Assembly: GCF_006345805.1 (NCBI RefSeq)
Contig: NC_042998.1
Coordinates: 66,154,001 to 66,218,000 of the forward strand
Source: Octopus sinensis
Lineage: Eukaryota
Direction of reading: 5' to 3'
DNA length: 64,000 bases
Numbering within the stretch: the first letter of the stretch is position 1; every line of letters begins with the position of its first letter. A model generated the notes under the pieces. It was not told the origin of the DNA, did not search any database, and worked only from the letters and a program-made list of their open reading frames with translations. Position numbers and translations under genes: made by a program. Of the stretch, positions 39,573 to 54,322 are shown piece by piece.

Positions 39573-41309
39573 CACGATAACGATTCGATTTGTTTCAGTA
39601 TAACGATTCGATTTGTTTCAGTAACTTTTCCCGCCCATCACATTATGTAATCAGTCGTCCCAAATGTAACTCATTGTTGAAATTCTGGCGTAATTGTAAC
39701 CAATATTGAAGCCTATACATACCACTGTTGCAGGTATCAACATCATATTTATAACGTATGAATGTAGGACGAGTTTATATAAGATTTGTTTTTAGCGATA
39801 TGGTGTACTGGGTTGTAACAGTTAAGTACATGTCAACGTGCCACTTATAACAAATCGGGTATACTGTATAAATGAATCCAGGTGTATGATAAACTAGGAC
39901 ATAAACTTAGGCCTGTTAGGAACTCTAAGATTATTAAGATCGGAACATAAATCTGTTTGCAGGGCGTTTAAGTGAATGAGAGTAAATCACTCCCCACAGA
40001 AAGGGATTACGGTCATTTTCAGATTTAACTGCACAGCTATTCCATGAATAGCTGTGAATTGCAGTAAGGTGAAATGCTATGCTTTGCCTCAGAACGTAAA
40101 GCACCTCCCGGGTCAGGAATCCAAACCTTGATTCATAAGGATAGCATCATACGAGAAATGCCATTAATGGATGTCAGAATTTTTCTGTAATTCAGTTGAT
40201 CGACTTCAGATTCCTAAAATATAAACTGACAGAGTTGGCATTTGACATGTTCCACGTCTGCCATACCACAGGTAAAAGCAATACTAATGAATGCAAACCA
40301 AAGACAAAGCGTTAGAATGGTAAATTGGTTTGGTAGAAACAGAAGTCAACTTCTTTTAAATCCAGCAAGGAAAAGAACATCTCGGACAATGAGGTGATTG
40401 ATAATGAACATTGATTATCAGAATTTTAATAACATCAGGTAAAATCTCCATCGGTCTTGACGATCAGCATTTATGCGTTAGATCGTCTGTTATCGTGAAT
40501 GAAAGTAATGTCCCCGTTCCTCATATCAAATCCTTATGAAGGCAAATAACAAGGTTCAAGCATTCACGCCAAGACACAGTCCAGAGAGACGAAACAGTCT
40601 TAGACTGGCAGTTTATTCAGCGATTCCTCAAGGACAATTAGATGTAAATTTATAATTGGATGGAATTTGAACACAGAAAGAAAATAATCCACTGAAGTCT
40701 ACGGCAACTCATTCAATCTGATGCTGTAGCGCTTTGGCCAATTCACCACCTTTGCTAAAGCAATAAAATTAAACTGACTTTATAGAGATTTGTTGTGTGG
40801 TGCCAATTTATTTCATATATTGTATTTAGATAATCAAACGAATTAATCTCAGTATACTTCAAACATTTAATTTATTGACGGCTGAGTCAAATAATGGATA
40901 AAATCATTCACAGTAGGTGTTGAATTCGGAACATTAATATTGGAAGAAGGAAAACGCTTTAAATTATTGATTCCTCTCACAGACACACATTAGGGATCCT
41001 GGTTATTCACGTCTTATTTTGTGTATTTATTTTCACGCTGTTGCTTTATGGTTCCAGTGTGTATCGATCCCGTTAATGATAAAATGGAATATTGACTTTA
41101 ACGGATTTTGAAATCAGGAACGTACAGAAGTGTTAATCAATGCCGAGAGGAATTTTCTTTATCACTTTTCTGGTTCTTCTCGTTTAGATTCTTTACTTTG
41201 CGGAATTCTCTAATGTGTTTAAGCCGCGACAAAAATAAGAAATCTAATAAAATGCAATTATATGAAATTGATAAATTTTACGAGGATACGAGACAGATAT
41301 TCATGCTGA

Positions 41310-41500
41310 GCAGAAATTTCATCACACCAAATAATACGCTCGTGTTTACGTTCTGATTTCAAATTCCACTGAGGTCGGCTTTTACTTTCTTCCTATCGGG
41401 GGTCGATGAAATAAGTGCAAGTTGAGCACTAGGGTCAATGTAACCAACTAGCTACCTCCCCACACACATTTCACGCCTTCTGCCTAGAGTAGAGAGGATA
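41310..41500 (+). mobile_element. SINE family 2
   Basis: TTTACGTTCTGATTTCAAATTCCACTGAGGTCGGCTTTTACTTTCTTCCTATCGGGGGTCGATGAAATAAGT. Confidence 0.75.
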
Positions 41501-41742
41501 TAAAATGAGGAAGTCTATAACGATGGGGAGGAGGACGACGAGAGGAAGGAGAATGGGACAAGGAGAAAGAAAAAAGATGACGTTGATGAGGGTGGTGATA
41601 TTAATGATGATGAATAAGGGGAGTAAGATGATGATGGTAGCGATGTTGATAATAATGAAGAAGTGGGGAATAGCATAATGACAACGATGAAGGTGACGAG
41701 AATGATGATGATGACGGTGGTTGTGGTGGTGTTGATGTTGGT

Positions 41743-41764
41743 GGTAGTAGTAGTAGTAGTAGTA

Positions 41765-41833
<69 letters not shown>

Positions 41834-41846
41834 ATGGTAGTAGTAG
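41743..41846. repeat. (TAG)n microsatellite within purine-rich low-complexity DNA
   Basis: Directly visible. Confidence 0.97.
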
Positions 41847-42686
41847 CTGTTGTTGTTGCTATTGGTGTTTTTATAGGAAGAGAAGCAAGAGGAGGATAAA
41901 GATGATGATGAAGATGCTGATGGCAACTACGACGACGAAGATAATGATTAAAATGTACAGAACAGTAGGCGATGAAGACGACTTAATAATAACGACTACC
42001 GTTATATCTCCTCGTACATTCTTCAAAAGACTAACGAAGTCGGTAGTAAAACATGTCCCCGATATACAAATTGCAACAACAGCAGCTATACTCGATACAA
42101 CACAAGGAATGCTGTCTATGCGCATAAAAAAGAACAATTTCTGCAATGTCAGCCCTTCAAAAGTAATAAATCACGATGTGCTTTTCGCTGTCTCAAGAAC
42201 TACTACAAAACAAACATGTTTATAATATGAATAATGTATATAGGAGAGCGAGAGTGTATCGGCTAATATATGTATGAGGGTTTTACTTCACAGATCAATA
42301 TAAAGGGTAATATTCATTGGATAATAGAAAACAATTTCCGTTGACATAAGGGAAATGTCAAATCTACGATCTTATTTGATTGTTAAAGCAATTTTATGGC
42401 CGAAAAATCCTTTCGAGTGTGAACCTAAGTGTTCTATGCTGTTTGCTTTCATCTTCAGTTGGGTAGTTTTTGCCTTTCAATTTATCGGGGTAGATAAAGT
42501 AATTACAAGGCCTAGTTCGATTCAATCGACCATGTGTGTGTTGTGTGTGTGTGTGTGTGTGTGCGTGTGCACGTGTGTGATTGCATGTATGTGTGCATGT
42601 GTGCGTGTGAGTTTGTGCATGTGTGTGTGGATATATAGAAATGTATGTGTATATCTATCTCACTCACTCTCTCTCTCTGTATATAT

Positions 42687-42730
<44 letters not shown>

Positions 42731-42771
42731 ATATATATCATCGTCACTTAACATACGTTTTCCTTTATGGC

Positions 42772-42786
42772 AGATAGATAGAAAGG

Positions 42787-42863
<77 letters not shown>

Positions 42864-42868
42864 GATAG
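42772..42868. repeat. (GATA)n microsatellite
   Basis: Directly visible. Confidence 0.97.
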
Positions 42869-43473
42869 GCTTTTTTCTGTAAGTATACAATTAAACTAAT
42901 GATAAGCTTGACATGACATACATTAAATATTCACTCTCTTATATCGGCAGATTAAAAGCAAATTTAGGCAATCCTTTTATACAATTGCAAGGATCCTTCT
43001 GCCATTTCTTACCTACATTTTCTGCGGCATTACGTGTCATAAATAAATGCTATCTGTGCAGATAGTTTGTATGTATTATGGAGCAGTATGTTCCTACCAG
43101 ATGAACTGAACCTACCGATGAAAGCCAAAATACATTCATCGCTTCTTTACTGGTGCTCATAATATTATTGTAAATGTTAGGGGAGTAAATTACACCTGGC
43201 ATTGAAAGCAACGTATCACTGTTGAAATGATATTGATTTTAATTGATGATTGTAGAGGAATCAGTAGATCTCATACTGCTTGCAATCACTTGAAGGTCAG
43301 AGGGATTTAAATTGTCGAGGTTTCATTTAATTTTACACAGATAAGCACCTGATAAGATCCGATCAAAACTGGAACCACCGAGGAGTCATTTTGGGGAGAA
43401 TAAAGATTGTACATGTGGGCTAGTGCAGTAAAAAGGCAGTGGAGACAAACGCACTCATGCCATCATAAGATAT

Positions 43474-43587
43474 TTTCCTACTCTAGGTACAAGGCACGAA
43501 ATTTGGGGGAGAGGGCCAGTAGATTAATACTGGTACTTAATTTATCGACCCCGAAAGGATGAAAGGCAAAGTCGACCTCGGCGGAAT
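43474..43587 (-). mobile_element. SINE family 2, 3' part, well preserved
   Basis: CTGGTACTTAATTTATCGACCCCGAAAGGATGAAAGGCAAAGTCGACCTCGGCGGAAT. Confidence 0.85.
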
Positions 43588-43639
43588 ATATATCGAGTTG
43601 CTCTACCGGTTTCACTTAAAAACTTTGGGAGAGTGTTTG

Positions 43640-44620
43640 ATATCTTCCATGTTTTGCAGACCTTGCGTTTTTTGCTTGTGCTCCCGCAACGTATCTATGG
43701 GTAAACATTTGGTGGACTTGGCTCATTAGATTTTTCTTGAGTGCTGAACGTGAAGAGGCATGTGTTAAGATATGGTTTCATTTGCACATCTGGGGGGTTA
43801 GGTGTGAGCACATTGTCATTCAGGGATAAGTGGCATCCAAGTACTGAGGCTACTATCAGTAGACTGACATCATCACCATTGAATCTGAGGGAAAAATTGA
43901 TGTTATGTTGTATGTGATATGTTGAGCAGTTGTGAGGAGGCAGTGGTGATATGATCCAACTGAGGAGATACAGAGACAGTACAGTGTGATATAGGTTATT
44001 TTTGTCGTGAGTAAAAAAAAAAAGCAAGCATCCTGTGTTCCCAGGGTGGTTTAGAAGGTGTCTGGGGTTTAAAACACGTCTGTAGAACATATTCACAATA
44101 TGGAAAGTCAGAGTGGGCTGATAATAGAAAAACGAGGAATTGTGATCAAAAGGGGGGGTATTTCGTTGAAGGACGTCGAGTGGTAGATGTTCTAAATACA
44201 GGAGGAGATACAGTTAAAATTTTCTATTCTCGTAGGGATTTTCTTGAGCGTTTGACAGTTGATGGGGGATTGAAAGACGAAAATTTTAAACCAGAGAAGC
44301 TGCAAGACGTTATCGATGAAGATGACGTGAGTTAAGAAACAGGGACACTGGAGTCTACGTATGCAAACACACCGAACTAAACAGAAACGTTTGAGTAAGA
44401 GACTGTATCTTAGACAAGGGAGATAGATGGCGGCTAGAGTTGAGAAATTTGCATTTAATGATAAAATAGGATATGTGATTTGTGTGAGAATAATGAGTGG
44501 TGAATGGAAACTTATTTGGGGGGACGATATTGCTTGCTTGAAAAGTGGACGTGAAAATGACCACAAATGTGGACACGAGAATCACAGTGAGTAATTATGC
44601 AGAAGTAGATTAATAGAAGA
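43640..44620 (-). mobile_element. Possible very degenerate retroelement (PLE-like) remnant
   Basis: Strong strand skew and weak CIRRL / PG..GC-like residues; no intact motif. Confidence 0.3.
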
Positions 44621-45790
44621 GGCATGATATTAATGCTTGGCACAACGCAAACTCTGCTAAATGCACCCTCTTCTTTTATGTGCTCGATGATACTGTTAAA
44701 CGGAACAGGTTTCTATGCCTACAGATTCCACGTATACAAAAGCAAAACATTGTGGTTTAGAACCATATGTAAGCGCTTTTCTGAAATACAACGCTGTGAT
44801 ATTTTGTTGCGAGAATTATAAAGAAAATTCTACAAACTTGGGTGGAAAATATCTGTGCATCCTGAGCTGTATTGTTGTGGCCAGGTAAAGATATCACTAA
44901 GGAAATATTGAATCGATTTACAGTTTTTCGGTGAATGTAAGCAGCAGTTACTCAGACAAAAGTTCATTCAGTAATACATGTAGACTTCGAATGTATTATC
45001 TCTGCTAAAGAGGTGGATTAAGAAAATCTATATGCGCAATAGTTGGAGAATTATGTGGTCATTCAAATGGTCATAGGTGGTGGCTTTACCCTTTGATGAT
45101 TGGTTTCCTCGCAGAAGATTTTGTTGAAGTTAAGCAAAACAACGTTACCGAAACAATTATGTATGTCTCAATCATTTGTTTAACTATTCATGTTAAGCAT
45201 CAAAATTGAAATAAGACCATTTGTCAATAGTGTGCTCTCTTTTGCCGATACGCATTTCGATTTCATAACGAAAATAAAGATCACCATTTATGTTCTATAA
45301 ACATGCCGGATATTTTCAGTTCAGTCAAGAATATATGTGAGATTTTAAAATAAAATATGTAAGGAGTCGCTACATTAGGCAAAATAGTGTCACCGTAAAA
45401 ATGTTTAAAACATACATTGATGCTACTCTTATCACACAACACTATACGTACGTTAGATATATATCGAGAACGTAGTCATAGGCTACAAAATACGGTGAAA
45501 ATGGATTTTTTTTTATGAAATACGAGTTATTAAAACTGTGTTAGCCAAAAAAGAGATATTTCTTCAAAGAATAAATTTTAGTCATGTCAAATGTATTCAC
45601 TTTATATTTTATTTTGTTTGATTTCTTTTTTTTTTACTGTTGGTTTTATATATTTCAAAAGAATGTTATATCTCGGTGCCTCATTGTGTCGCTATTTCTC
45701 TCTAAATAACATGCTGTCATACAACATGCAAAGCAAGCAGACATGCGTGTACGCAGCAGGATAGACGCATATGTCTATATGCCTGTGTGC

Positions 45791-45834
<44 letters not shown>

Positions 45835-46026
45835 GTGATTTTGCATGTCTAAGCGTACGTATAATTATCAATGCAATCATATGTAGAAATGCATGTATAT
45901 ATAAGCACCTATATATGTGCGTGGGTTTGTGTTTGTGTGTGTGACTTTGTGTTTATATGTATATGTATGTAGCTACTTATTTATATATACATATATACGT
46001 ATATATATATATATATATATATATAG

Positions 46027-46059
<33 letters not shown>

Positions 46060-46197
46060 ATTATATATATATATATATATATAGATATATATATATATAT
46101 ATTGCTTTTTTTACCCCTCTGCGAAAAGATCTCAGAATTTTAATTGATTTGTTTTTCGCAGGAAGGAAGTTTTCTTCGAAGTATACGTCTCGCTTTT

Positions 46198-46247
46198 ATC
46201 CTTCGAAACGTTTAGTAGATGAAACCTTAGCGACTGAAGAAGGGGAT
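46198..46247 (+). ncRNA. Permuted (type II-like) hammerhead motif
   Basis: ATCCTTC GAAA CG TT TAGTAG-ATGAAAC-CTTAGCGA CTGAAGA AGGGGAT; stem II open, stem I imperfect. Confidence 0.5.
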
Positions 46248-46437
46248 TTGTCGTTGTGCTTATTGTCCTGTATCTCTTTTTTTGCTTGTCTTGTTCCTTG
46301 GTTTGTGTCCATGTTTTTCGTCTCTCTATGTGTTCGACGTCTTTTTGGTGTCCTGTACACATATATGCGTGTATATGTACATGTAGAGGTAGGTACGTAC
46401 ATATATGTTTATATATATGCATATGTTCTATTTTATT

Positions 46438-46479
<42 letters not shown>

Positions 46480-46835
46480 CGTATATATATATAGATTTGA
46501 GTGTATTTGAGTCTCTAATTGTATATATGTGTATACGTATATACGCGCATGTAGTTTTGAAATTCGTGTTTTATTTCTGTAGGTATGTTTGCGTCAGTGC
46601 AATTTTTTCGATATCGGAATTTTCCACTCAGAACTGCATGCGAAAAATAGAATAAATTTACATTTATAGCAACATATACATTATATACAGACTCCAACCA
46701 CCACCAGACCTGCTTAATTCCCTTGATGTCCCTCCATAGATTTATATGTGTGCGGGCGTTGCGAATGTGTGCATGTATGTACATATATATGTATATATAC
46801 ATACACATTTATCCATATATATATATATATATATA

Positions 46836-46888
<53 letters not shown>

Positions 46889-46958
46889 TATATATACCTA
46901 CCTACATACATACATGTATATGTATATATATGTATATCATATTTATATATATGTATAT

Positions 46959-46999
<41 letters not shown>

Positions 47000-47004
47000 A
47001 TATC

Positions 47005-47036
<32 letters not shown>

Positions 47037-49067
47037 CATATGTATACATTTGTATGTATGTATTTATTTATATGTGTGTGAGTGTGTGTGTGTGCGTCTA
47101 GTGTATGTTTATGTTTGCGTCTTTGTGCTTATAAACGTATATATATGGAGATATGCTATCTTTCAGATAAAATGACAAAATTCTGTGTCTTTGATGTATT
47201 TAAATATCAGTAAAATATCATTTTGACAAGTTTTATATTTCGGGAAGGCAGAAATAGAACACTTTAAGCGGAATAATATTTTTACTGTCGTGTTGGGCAA
47301 ACATGACGTTATGTATGAAAATGCATAAAATGATGGTAGGAACAGTGCTATCTTGTAAAGTTATACTAAACTTTTACTTTGGTTACATAAGCAAAATATC
47401 ACAACACTTGATATAATCGAACGTGAGAATTGCGAAAAGGGAATTTGATCTTGAGGAAATTATATCTCCAAATATACCTGATCTGATGAAGCTACTAAAA
47501 GCCCAGCAGATATCAGCTTGGCAATGTTGAGATCAGATATCATCCTGACAAGCTACTCCATTGACAGTTAAGCATACCTTGAGAGAGAGAGAGAGTAATT
47601 ATCAGAACCTACTTTAGAATTCAGACCAAGATTGATGAATAATATTGTGTTTGCTTGTCAAGTTTTGCACTCACATTTTCACTAATCGTACTTTAAGTAA
47701 TGACATTTGTAACCTTGGACATGAAAGGAAATGGCAAAAGAACTATGGAAAAGTACTTTAAAACCATGGGAAACCACACAGGGTATTCCTGGTAAAAGAG
47801 CAAGTGGATGGAAACACTACTCTGTCATTTAGATGTGACTCTATTCTTGATTAATTGACGCCAGTTCCATGAATGAGGACGAAAGCTATGGGAGGCATAA
47901 ATTCCCGTTATCCTAGAATATAACACTGATGATGTAGCCATGGAGTGTATCTCTTGGTGTACGCTTAAATATATCCTAAAGCTAAAATATCGCATTATTC
48001 TATGAAATATGTAACAGATCTTTGAAACACAAATTCAAGAAGTCTAGGGATAATAATCTGTGAAGTATATCAACTCTTAAGCTTGAATATTTTCTAGTCA
48101 CAGAGTTGAATGGCAGGATTAACCGCTTTAGGTTTTGAACTTGAAGCGTACTGAGAAGAAATATCGCAAGACATACTTCCCAGCGATTCAACATTTCTAC
48201 GAAGTCATCATCATTCTGTAACATAAAATATTTTTCGTATATATGAAACAGTCTGGTATTTTATCTTTTAGACCATACAATGGTTGTTTAAATAATATAT
48301 ATTTGTCGTTCTAAATATTTCTTCCGCTCTACCTTGATATTTAATAACACTGGATGATTGTCAAAGTTATATTGAACATTTAACACACGCTCAGTGCCCT
48401 GGAAGTACATTTCTATTCCTTAATTCATCTCCATGAGGATTTTCGTATGGGATTCTGTTAATTAATTGCGCTATATGTTTTTATTAAATAGATTAATATT
48501 TCACCTGTCAAACCTTTCTAATCTAAATGCCAGAAAAGTTAATTCTGAAAGCATTTGTTAATTTTTACAACAGAAAAATAATGCGTCCATGAACTGTTTA
48601 CAGTGCATGTAAGAGCAATACATGCGTGGGAAGAGAAAGAAAGAAAAGGCCAAACAAAGAAACAAAACATCCAAAGAAGGTTTTAAAATCTACAAATGTA
48701 CAGGAAAAAATGGATCGAAATGATAATTAATTGCGCTAGTTAAATTATAAAATGTTTAAAATATTAAATATAATATTTACAACACTATGTAATGTTTAGT
48801 TAAAACCATTTTGAGAGGAATGACTCTGTTTTACAGAAATAATTGTTACAGTCTACAATATATTCGTGTAATTTGAGGAGGAAAGAATTTGGAAACTTGT
48901 TATTCAACGTCCTTTAACGCTTATGCCTGGAATATTCAAAGAGTAAACAAAAAACTGTCGTTCCTTCCTCGGTTTCTTAGAGATGGCCGTGACAATTGCC
49001 TCAATTCGTAGTCTAATGTAAAAAAAAAAAAACATGCGTTATAGGCAACATCAATACGCACAATCAC

Positions 49068-49345
49068 AACATTAACAAGACCACTCAAAGAGCGCAAACC
49101 TCCGCCAAGGCAACACTAATGCCCTCTAAACGGCTAGCTCGGTGTGATTTTTAAAGTGAGAATTTCTGAAATAAACTCGATTGCTCTCACAAACGAGAAT
49201 AGTAAAAATGAATCCGACTGCTCTCACAAATTAAATAAAAAAAAAACGGAAAATAATCCAGTATCCTTGCCCGATACCATATCGATCCCTAAATCTAATG
49301 AGTTCGTATCAGTCACGTGGCCAAAGATCTCTGAAAGTTTTATGA
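49068..49345. mobile_element. Non-autonomous repeat, possibly Helentron/DINE-like
   Basis: AACAAGACCACTCAAAGAGCGCAAACCTCCGCCAAGG terminus recalled from widespread animal non-autonomous repeats; internal repeat TGCTCTCACAAA. Confidence 0.4.
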
Positions 49346-50044
49346 CAATGGTTACATGTAGTGGACCTAGCTTGTCAGTTTCGAGCAGCAGTTTCGAGCG
49401 ATGAAAATGTATAGCTGATGTTAATAGCTTTTGTGTGTTTCTGAATAGCTAATGTGTGTTTTCCACGTTGCTATTATTTTGGCCTCTATACATGGTCTCA
49501 TATTAAATCACTTGCCTGGCAAATATACTTCCTTCTACCACTTATTCCCAATACTTGTTTGTTTCATTCTTAATCTGCTGCCACTGTTTGTTTTGTTCTT
49601 ACTGCGATGTTTAGTTCCCACCCAGACTAGAATTAGCAGTTGGCACATGAGAAGGGCCCAGGGTATGAACAAGCACCACTAAATCATTGTACCAATAAAT
49701 TATTGGTATACAGTGCCAATAAATTATTTGATACGTTGTAATGGTCAAACATCTTGTCCTCAAATTTCTTGTTCCTGTACCTAAATATTAAACAATAGCA
49801 AAGAGAGAGAGAGATTGAGAGAATGCGACTACATAGAGTCTCTGTCGTTGACTTTGGAATATGTGGTTTGTCTAGAAGCGACTATAATGATGTTTTTTTT
49901 TTATGGGGTAGTAGTGAGATGAATAAAATATAGCATAATTGCACAGAACCAACAAAAAAGTGACTATGCGGTCGTTCAAGCTGCTACGAACAAGAGCTGG
50001 GTCACCATCGGTATCATTTTGTTTGTAATTGCTTTGAAAAATAT

Positions 50045-50257
50045 TGATTTCAAATTTTGACGCAAGGTCAGCAATATCCGGGGAAGAGATAAGTCGAGTT
50101 CCTCGATCGTAGTTCTCAACTGGTACTTATTTTATCGACTCCGAAAGGGTGAAACACGAAGACGACCTAAGCGATATTTGAACTCAGATAGGAAAGTCGG
50201 AAGAAATGCTGCTAAGCATTTTTCCCGGCACGCTAACGATTATGCCAGCTCGCCGTT
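50045..50257 (-). mobile_element. SINE family 2, full length
   Basis: Minus strand begins CGGCGAGCTGGCATAATCGTTAGCGTGCCGGG, with B-box-like GAGTTCAAAT and central TTTCACCCTTTCGGAGTCGATAAAATAAGTACCAG. Confidence 0.85.
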
Positions 50258-51254
50258 CCAATTATTTGCAAAATATTTTTGCAGAATTCTCATTGTTGAA
50301 AACTGTTCTCCAAAATATCTGGAACCATGGAACATTTAAAATCGCTAAAACACATTGAAGACATGTGATAAAACAAATTATTTGATTTCGATTTTAATAT
50401 AATGCAGAGGTGTGAAATTTGCATGTATTTATCGAAAATGTAACTCTGGAAGATATAATTCATGAGTTTCTCTCTAGGTGGATAATAACTTAACAAAGTG
50501 GCTCTTATCGATCACCATCAAGATATTTTTTTTATTAATCCAGGAATATGATACACAAATAAAAATAAATTAACTGTTAATAATATGTTATATTTCTAGG
50601 TAGAACAACTGTAAACAGCAATCCTCACTTACTCTACTCATTATTCATTTCAAAAGTGTGTGTATTTCATGACAACATCTATACAAAGGTGACTTACAAT
50701 TTATGGTTTTCGCACCTGCTTTATCTTATTATTCCAGAAAAGTCGTCATCAATAGCAAGGCAAGTATTACGTCAAAATAAATATTGTTTCCTGAAATAAC
50801 TTCCATTTCTAAGTTCACACTGTTATGGATTGGATGTTCTTTTCCATTAGCCAAAGGGCAAATGCTTAATACATTTATTTTTATCTAAATTGCCATAAAA
50901 ATAGAGAAAGCAAGTCCCTAGATTCACTTGACATGTTTTTATATTATATTTTTTTCTCTTTTGTTGGTGGATTTGATGTTATTGAACTTTTAAGATATTC
51001 ACCATTCGGATTTTATTATTTTTCAATACGACTGCCGTTTTTGGTGCTACGCTAACTGGTTCGAAGCCCATTTCATCGACTTATGTAATTCTTATATCCT
51101 CAGTGTTTACCTATTTAACAACATTTATTTCTTCTCTTGCATATATTCAATAGAATATACATGTGCATACGCTTACTTTGTCAACGTCCACTTTTCTCTA
51201 TTAGTATCGATCGCGAAACCCATGCCTTCAATTCCATTGCAGAAAGTTCAGTAT

Positions 51255-51554
51255 TCTCTTATTCTTTTACTTGTTTTAGTTATTTGACAGCGGCGATGCT
51301 GGATCACCACATTTACTCGAATACATCGCTTTCGGGACTTATACTCTGTAAGCCTAGTACTTATTCTATTGGTCTCATTGCCGAATCACTAAGTGACGGG
51401 GACGTAAACACATCAACATCGTATGTCAAGCGATGGTAGCGGGACAAACACAGACACAAGCAACAAACACATACATACATATAAATACATATATAATATA
51501 TATATATATTATATATATATATATATATATTGATAGATAGATAGATAGATATAC

Positions 51555-51604
<50 letters not shown>

Positions 51605-51664
51605 ATAGATAGATAGATAGATATACATATACATATATATATAGACTTATATATATATATATAT

Positions 51665-51718
<54 letters not shown>

Positions 51719-52005
51719 GCATGTATGTATGTATGTATGTATGTATGTATATATGTTTGTATGCATGTATGTATATAATACAGACAGAAATTCATTTCAG
51801 TACCACTAAATTGAATTTCTCTCCACTCTGGACTCGGAAATAACTTCCCTAATATTAATAAAATGTATATATATACGACGGGCTTCTTTCAGTTTCCGTT
51901 CAAAAAATCCACTCAAAAGGTGTTCGTCGGCCCGAGGCTATAGTAGAAGATACTTGCCCAAGGTGCCACGCAGTGGACAGAACACAGAACAGCCACTCCT
52001 GCGCC
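51255..52005 (-). mobile_element. CORE-type SINE with greatly expanded internal microsatellite
   Basis: 5' half 51872-52005 (GGCGCAGGAGTGGCTG...CCTTGGGCAAGTATCTTCTACTATAGCCTCGGGCCG) and 3' half 51255-51470, separated by about 400 bp of TA/TATG repeats and about 85 bp of foreign sequence. Confidence 0.85.
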
Positions 52006-52674
52006 GTACATCGAAATGATTCACACGACCACCTGGTTATTTGCTGTTAGATGGAGTGTTTGAAACATTCAAACTAAGTATACGTTTTGAGATTATTCAA
52101 AACTATCTTCATTCTCGAATATCTTTGAAATAGTGATGGGCCTTTTCTATACAGTTTTTAAAGAGGATTAAAGAAAATATAGGCAAGCAATAAATTGCAT
52201 TATTACAGAGTCGGCTCTACTTCTTTGTGTCAATATTTCTCTGTTCCGACCTCAACGACATGCAGTTCGTCTTTTATCAACGTTGACTACAATGCAGAAA
52301 GCAGCACTCTTGCACTGGCGGTTATTTTATCTTTGTTTTGTTTTCTCATTCCGTGCTGTTCTTTCTTTCTTCTCTCGTTTTTGCAAAGATATAATGCGTA
52401 GTCAAATTCAGAGAAAGCTGAAAATCAGTTCTCAAAAGGGCTGACACACGCCGTAATATCATGCCATCAGTTGTTAATAGTTCAAAGCAACACATATCAG
52501 ATGGAGATATGTATGCAATTTAATCTCCTGTTTCGCATGCTGCCCCTTAGTTAAACCTTAGTAGTGACGGTATTTTTGTAAAATGCACTGGGTCACCACG
52601 ATTCACTAGATAGAGCTATTTTCACATAAAAACTAAAGTGGACATCAACATTTTATCCTACTCCTTCCGCGATC

Positions 52675-52838
<164 letters not shown>

Positions 52839-53545
52839 TCCCCACACCCTCGCCATCTTCCTCCTCCTCCTTATTCTTCTTCGTCTTCTTCGTGATGATT
52901 GTTTACTTCAATGTTTTGCTTTATATTTCGAACCTGATTAATACTTGCCCCTCACAGATGCACTATGCCAATCACAATTCATAAATTCATAATCATAATT
53001 CCAAGAGACATAAAGCGATTTACTTATGATTGTCAAATTCAAGAAGCAGAAAGCAGAAACTAGTTGAAACTCATTACATCTGTCATTATATACACTACTT
53101 CGTTCCATTGCCCAGCTCCAGCTCACTCGGAAGGCGCCGAGCGGACAACATCGTAAGTACATCAGAGAAAACACTTAGTGGTGTTTCATCCGGGAACTCA
53201 TTTTAAGTCCTAGAAGGCTGCATCTTCCTTTCATCTCTTTGGTTTCGATATAATGAAGTAACAATCTAGTGTAGAGGTAATGTTTAGATGCCCGCCCGCC
53301 GCGAAAATTGCAGTGTTTATGTGAAAACTAAATATGTTTGGGTCAGAGATATATTGTTTTTAATTTCTACGTTTTTGTGATAGGCACAGAATGACTGTGT
53401 ACTAAGAAGCTGTCTTTGCAGTCACGTGGATTTCGTTTCATTCTCCCTGTGGAGTACCTTGGGCAAGTATCTTCAAACTTAGCCCGGCGTCAAACAAACA
53501 CGTTTCAGAAAAAAATGGGACACGCAAACTTTGTGGAAATCCAAC

Positions 53546-53583
<38 letters not shown>

Positions 53584-53835
53584 AAATAAGGGTGAAAAAA
53601 TTGGATATTAATTTAATAATACCATTAATTTAAGACCAAGTGGCTTAGTACATAAAAACCAGGGATACAATAAAGTTTATACATAAATCTAAGAGAGTGA
53701 CCACTATGTGGTCGACTCTAGCACTAAAAATAGATCCGCTATGGTTTCAACCACGAAGAATTGTTTCCGATGAAAATTAGCACAACTATCAGCGTAAACG
53801 AGCAGGGCAGATACAAAATAACAAAAATGTAGATT

Positions 53836-53914
53836 AATTCTGGACAATTTTTTCGCTATTAATAAATTATGTAATTTTACTCACACAACATATCCATAGT
53901 TCATCAGCAGAATT
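53836..53914 (-). ncRNA. Type I hammerhead motif (helix III C changed to A)
   Basis: AATTCTG CTGATGA A CTAT...ATAG C GAAA AAATTG TC CAGAATT. Confidence 0.7.
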
Positions 53915-54322
53915 TGTCTTGAATACAATTTACCAAAACGCACGCTAGATTTTAACATAACGCTAAACACACATGCGGTTTAGTCGATTATACTCGCAGT
54001 TATGATTCAAATGCCCCCGCTATATAGCACGCCAAAATTCACGGAAACAGATACTGCATAAAAATTTTACTGCAGTATAGTTACAATCAAAAATAAGGGT
54101 GAAAAAATTGGATATTAATTTAATAATACCATCAATTTAACACCGAGTGGCTTAGTGAATAAAAACCAGGAATACAATAAAGTTTATACATAAATATAAG
54201 AGAGTGACCACTATAGCGGGGGCATTTGAATCATAACTGCGAGTATAATCGACTCAACCGCATGTGTGTTTAGCGTTATCTTAAAATCTAGCATGCGGTT
54301 TGGTAATTTGTATTCAAGACAA

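Noticed and set aside
39577-39622. 23-bp tandem duplication ATAACGATTCGATTTGTTTCAGT (also short duplications near 9662-9702 and 56318-56372)
   Set aside because: Two-copy local slippage duplications; no spacers, not CRISPR-like, no evident function.
40032-40056. 11-bp perfect hairpin CACAGCTATTC-CAT-GAATAGCTGTG
   Set aside because: Single short hairpin inside a probable old SINE remnant; not distinguishable from chance.
47866-47892. ATGAATGAGGACGAAAGC as a hammerhead
   Set aside because: No CUGA core and no stem II; more likely part of a very old LINE remnant.
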